Origin: Verrucomicrobiota bacterium | Lineage (GTDB): Bacteria; Verrucomicrobiota; Verrucomicrobiia; Verrucomicrobiales; DEV007 | Length of the DNA stretch: 38,288 nt | Reading direction: 5' to 3' | Assembly: GCA_045046875.1 (NCBI GenBank) | Contig: JASFYY010000120.1 | Location: 1 to 38,288 of the forward strand | In this document: one piece after another, positions 38,193-38,288 of the stretch | How positions within the stretch are numbered: position 1 is the stretch's first letter | How the letters are laid out: the number at the start of each line of letters is the position of its first letter | Notes under the pieces: model-generated | Told to the model about the DNA's origin: nothing | Database searches by the model: none | The model's input: only the letters and a program-made list of their open reading frames with translations | Translations under genes and position numbers: made by a program

Positions 38193-38268
38193 TGGAGCCA
38201 GCTAACGGGCTCGAACCGTTGACCTGCTGATTACAAATCAGCTGCTCTACCAACTGAGCTAAGCTGGC
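38193..38268 (-). tRNA. tRNA-Thr(TGT)
   Basis: 76-nt cloverleaf GCCAGCT...AGCTGGC-T-CCA; anticodon arm GCTGA-TTTGTAA-TCAGC; T-loop GGTTCGAGCC. Confidence 0.98.
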
Positions 38269-38288
38269 CGCTTGATCGATCCTCGATT

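Larger units (their letters stand above)
32343..38237. mobile_element. tRNA-Thr-integrated defence islet without integrase
   Basis: Bounded by 49-bp att repeats 5846 bp apart; visibly AT-richer than the flank; all genes on the - strand. Confidence 0.9.

Overview
This is a 38.3-kb bacterial chromosomal window whose gene content suggests Verrucomicrobiota/PVC (sulfatase, SHD1-domain and beta-propeller exported proteins, REP-like palindromes); the taxon is inferred, not shown. Positions 1-32.3 kb hold metabolic and cell-envelope genes: an AraC regulator, sulfatase, epimerase, M29-like peptidase with an OvoA-C-type methyltransferase, HerA-like ATPase, alr, an autotransporter, oxidoreductase, amidohydrolase and YheT hydrolase. 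The same stretch has a decayed IS4-like element and an operon with a TPR/outer-membrane barrel gene followed by two tandem exported paralogues that have conserved ends and variable middles, one broken at a G8 tract. The right end is a 5.85-kb islet with no integrase, inserted in tRNA-Thr(TGT) and bounded by a 49-bp att duplication. It carries an 8x zinc-ribbon repeat nuclease, a serine resolvase (nonsense codon), a fused CapRel-like toxSAS (nonsense codon) and an OLD-like ATPase/TOPRIM protein. A second resolvase 3' end and a second copy of the element end are hidden between capRel and the OLD-like gene. This suggests the islet is a tandem stack of related 'resolvase - defence gene - end' modules.
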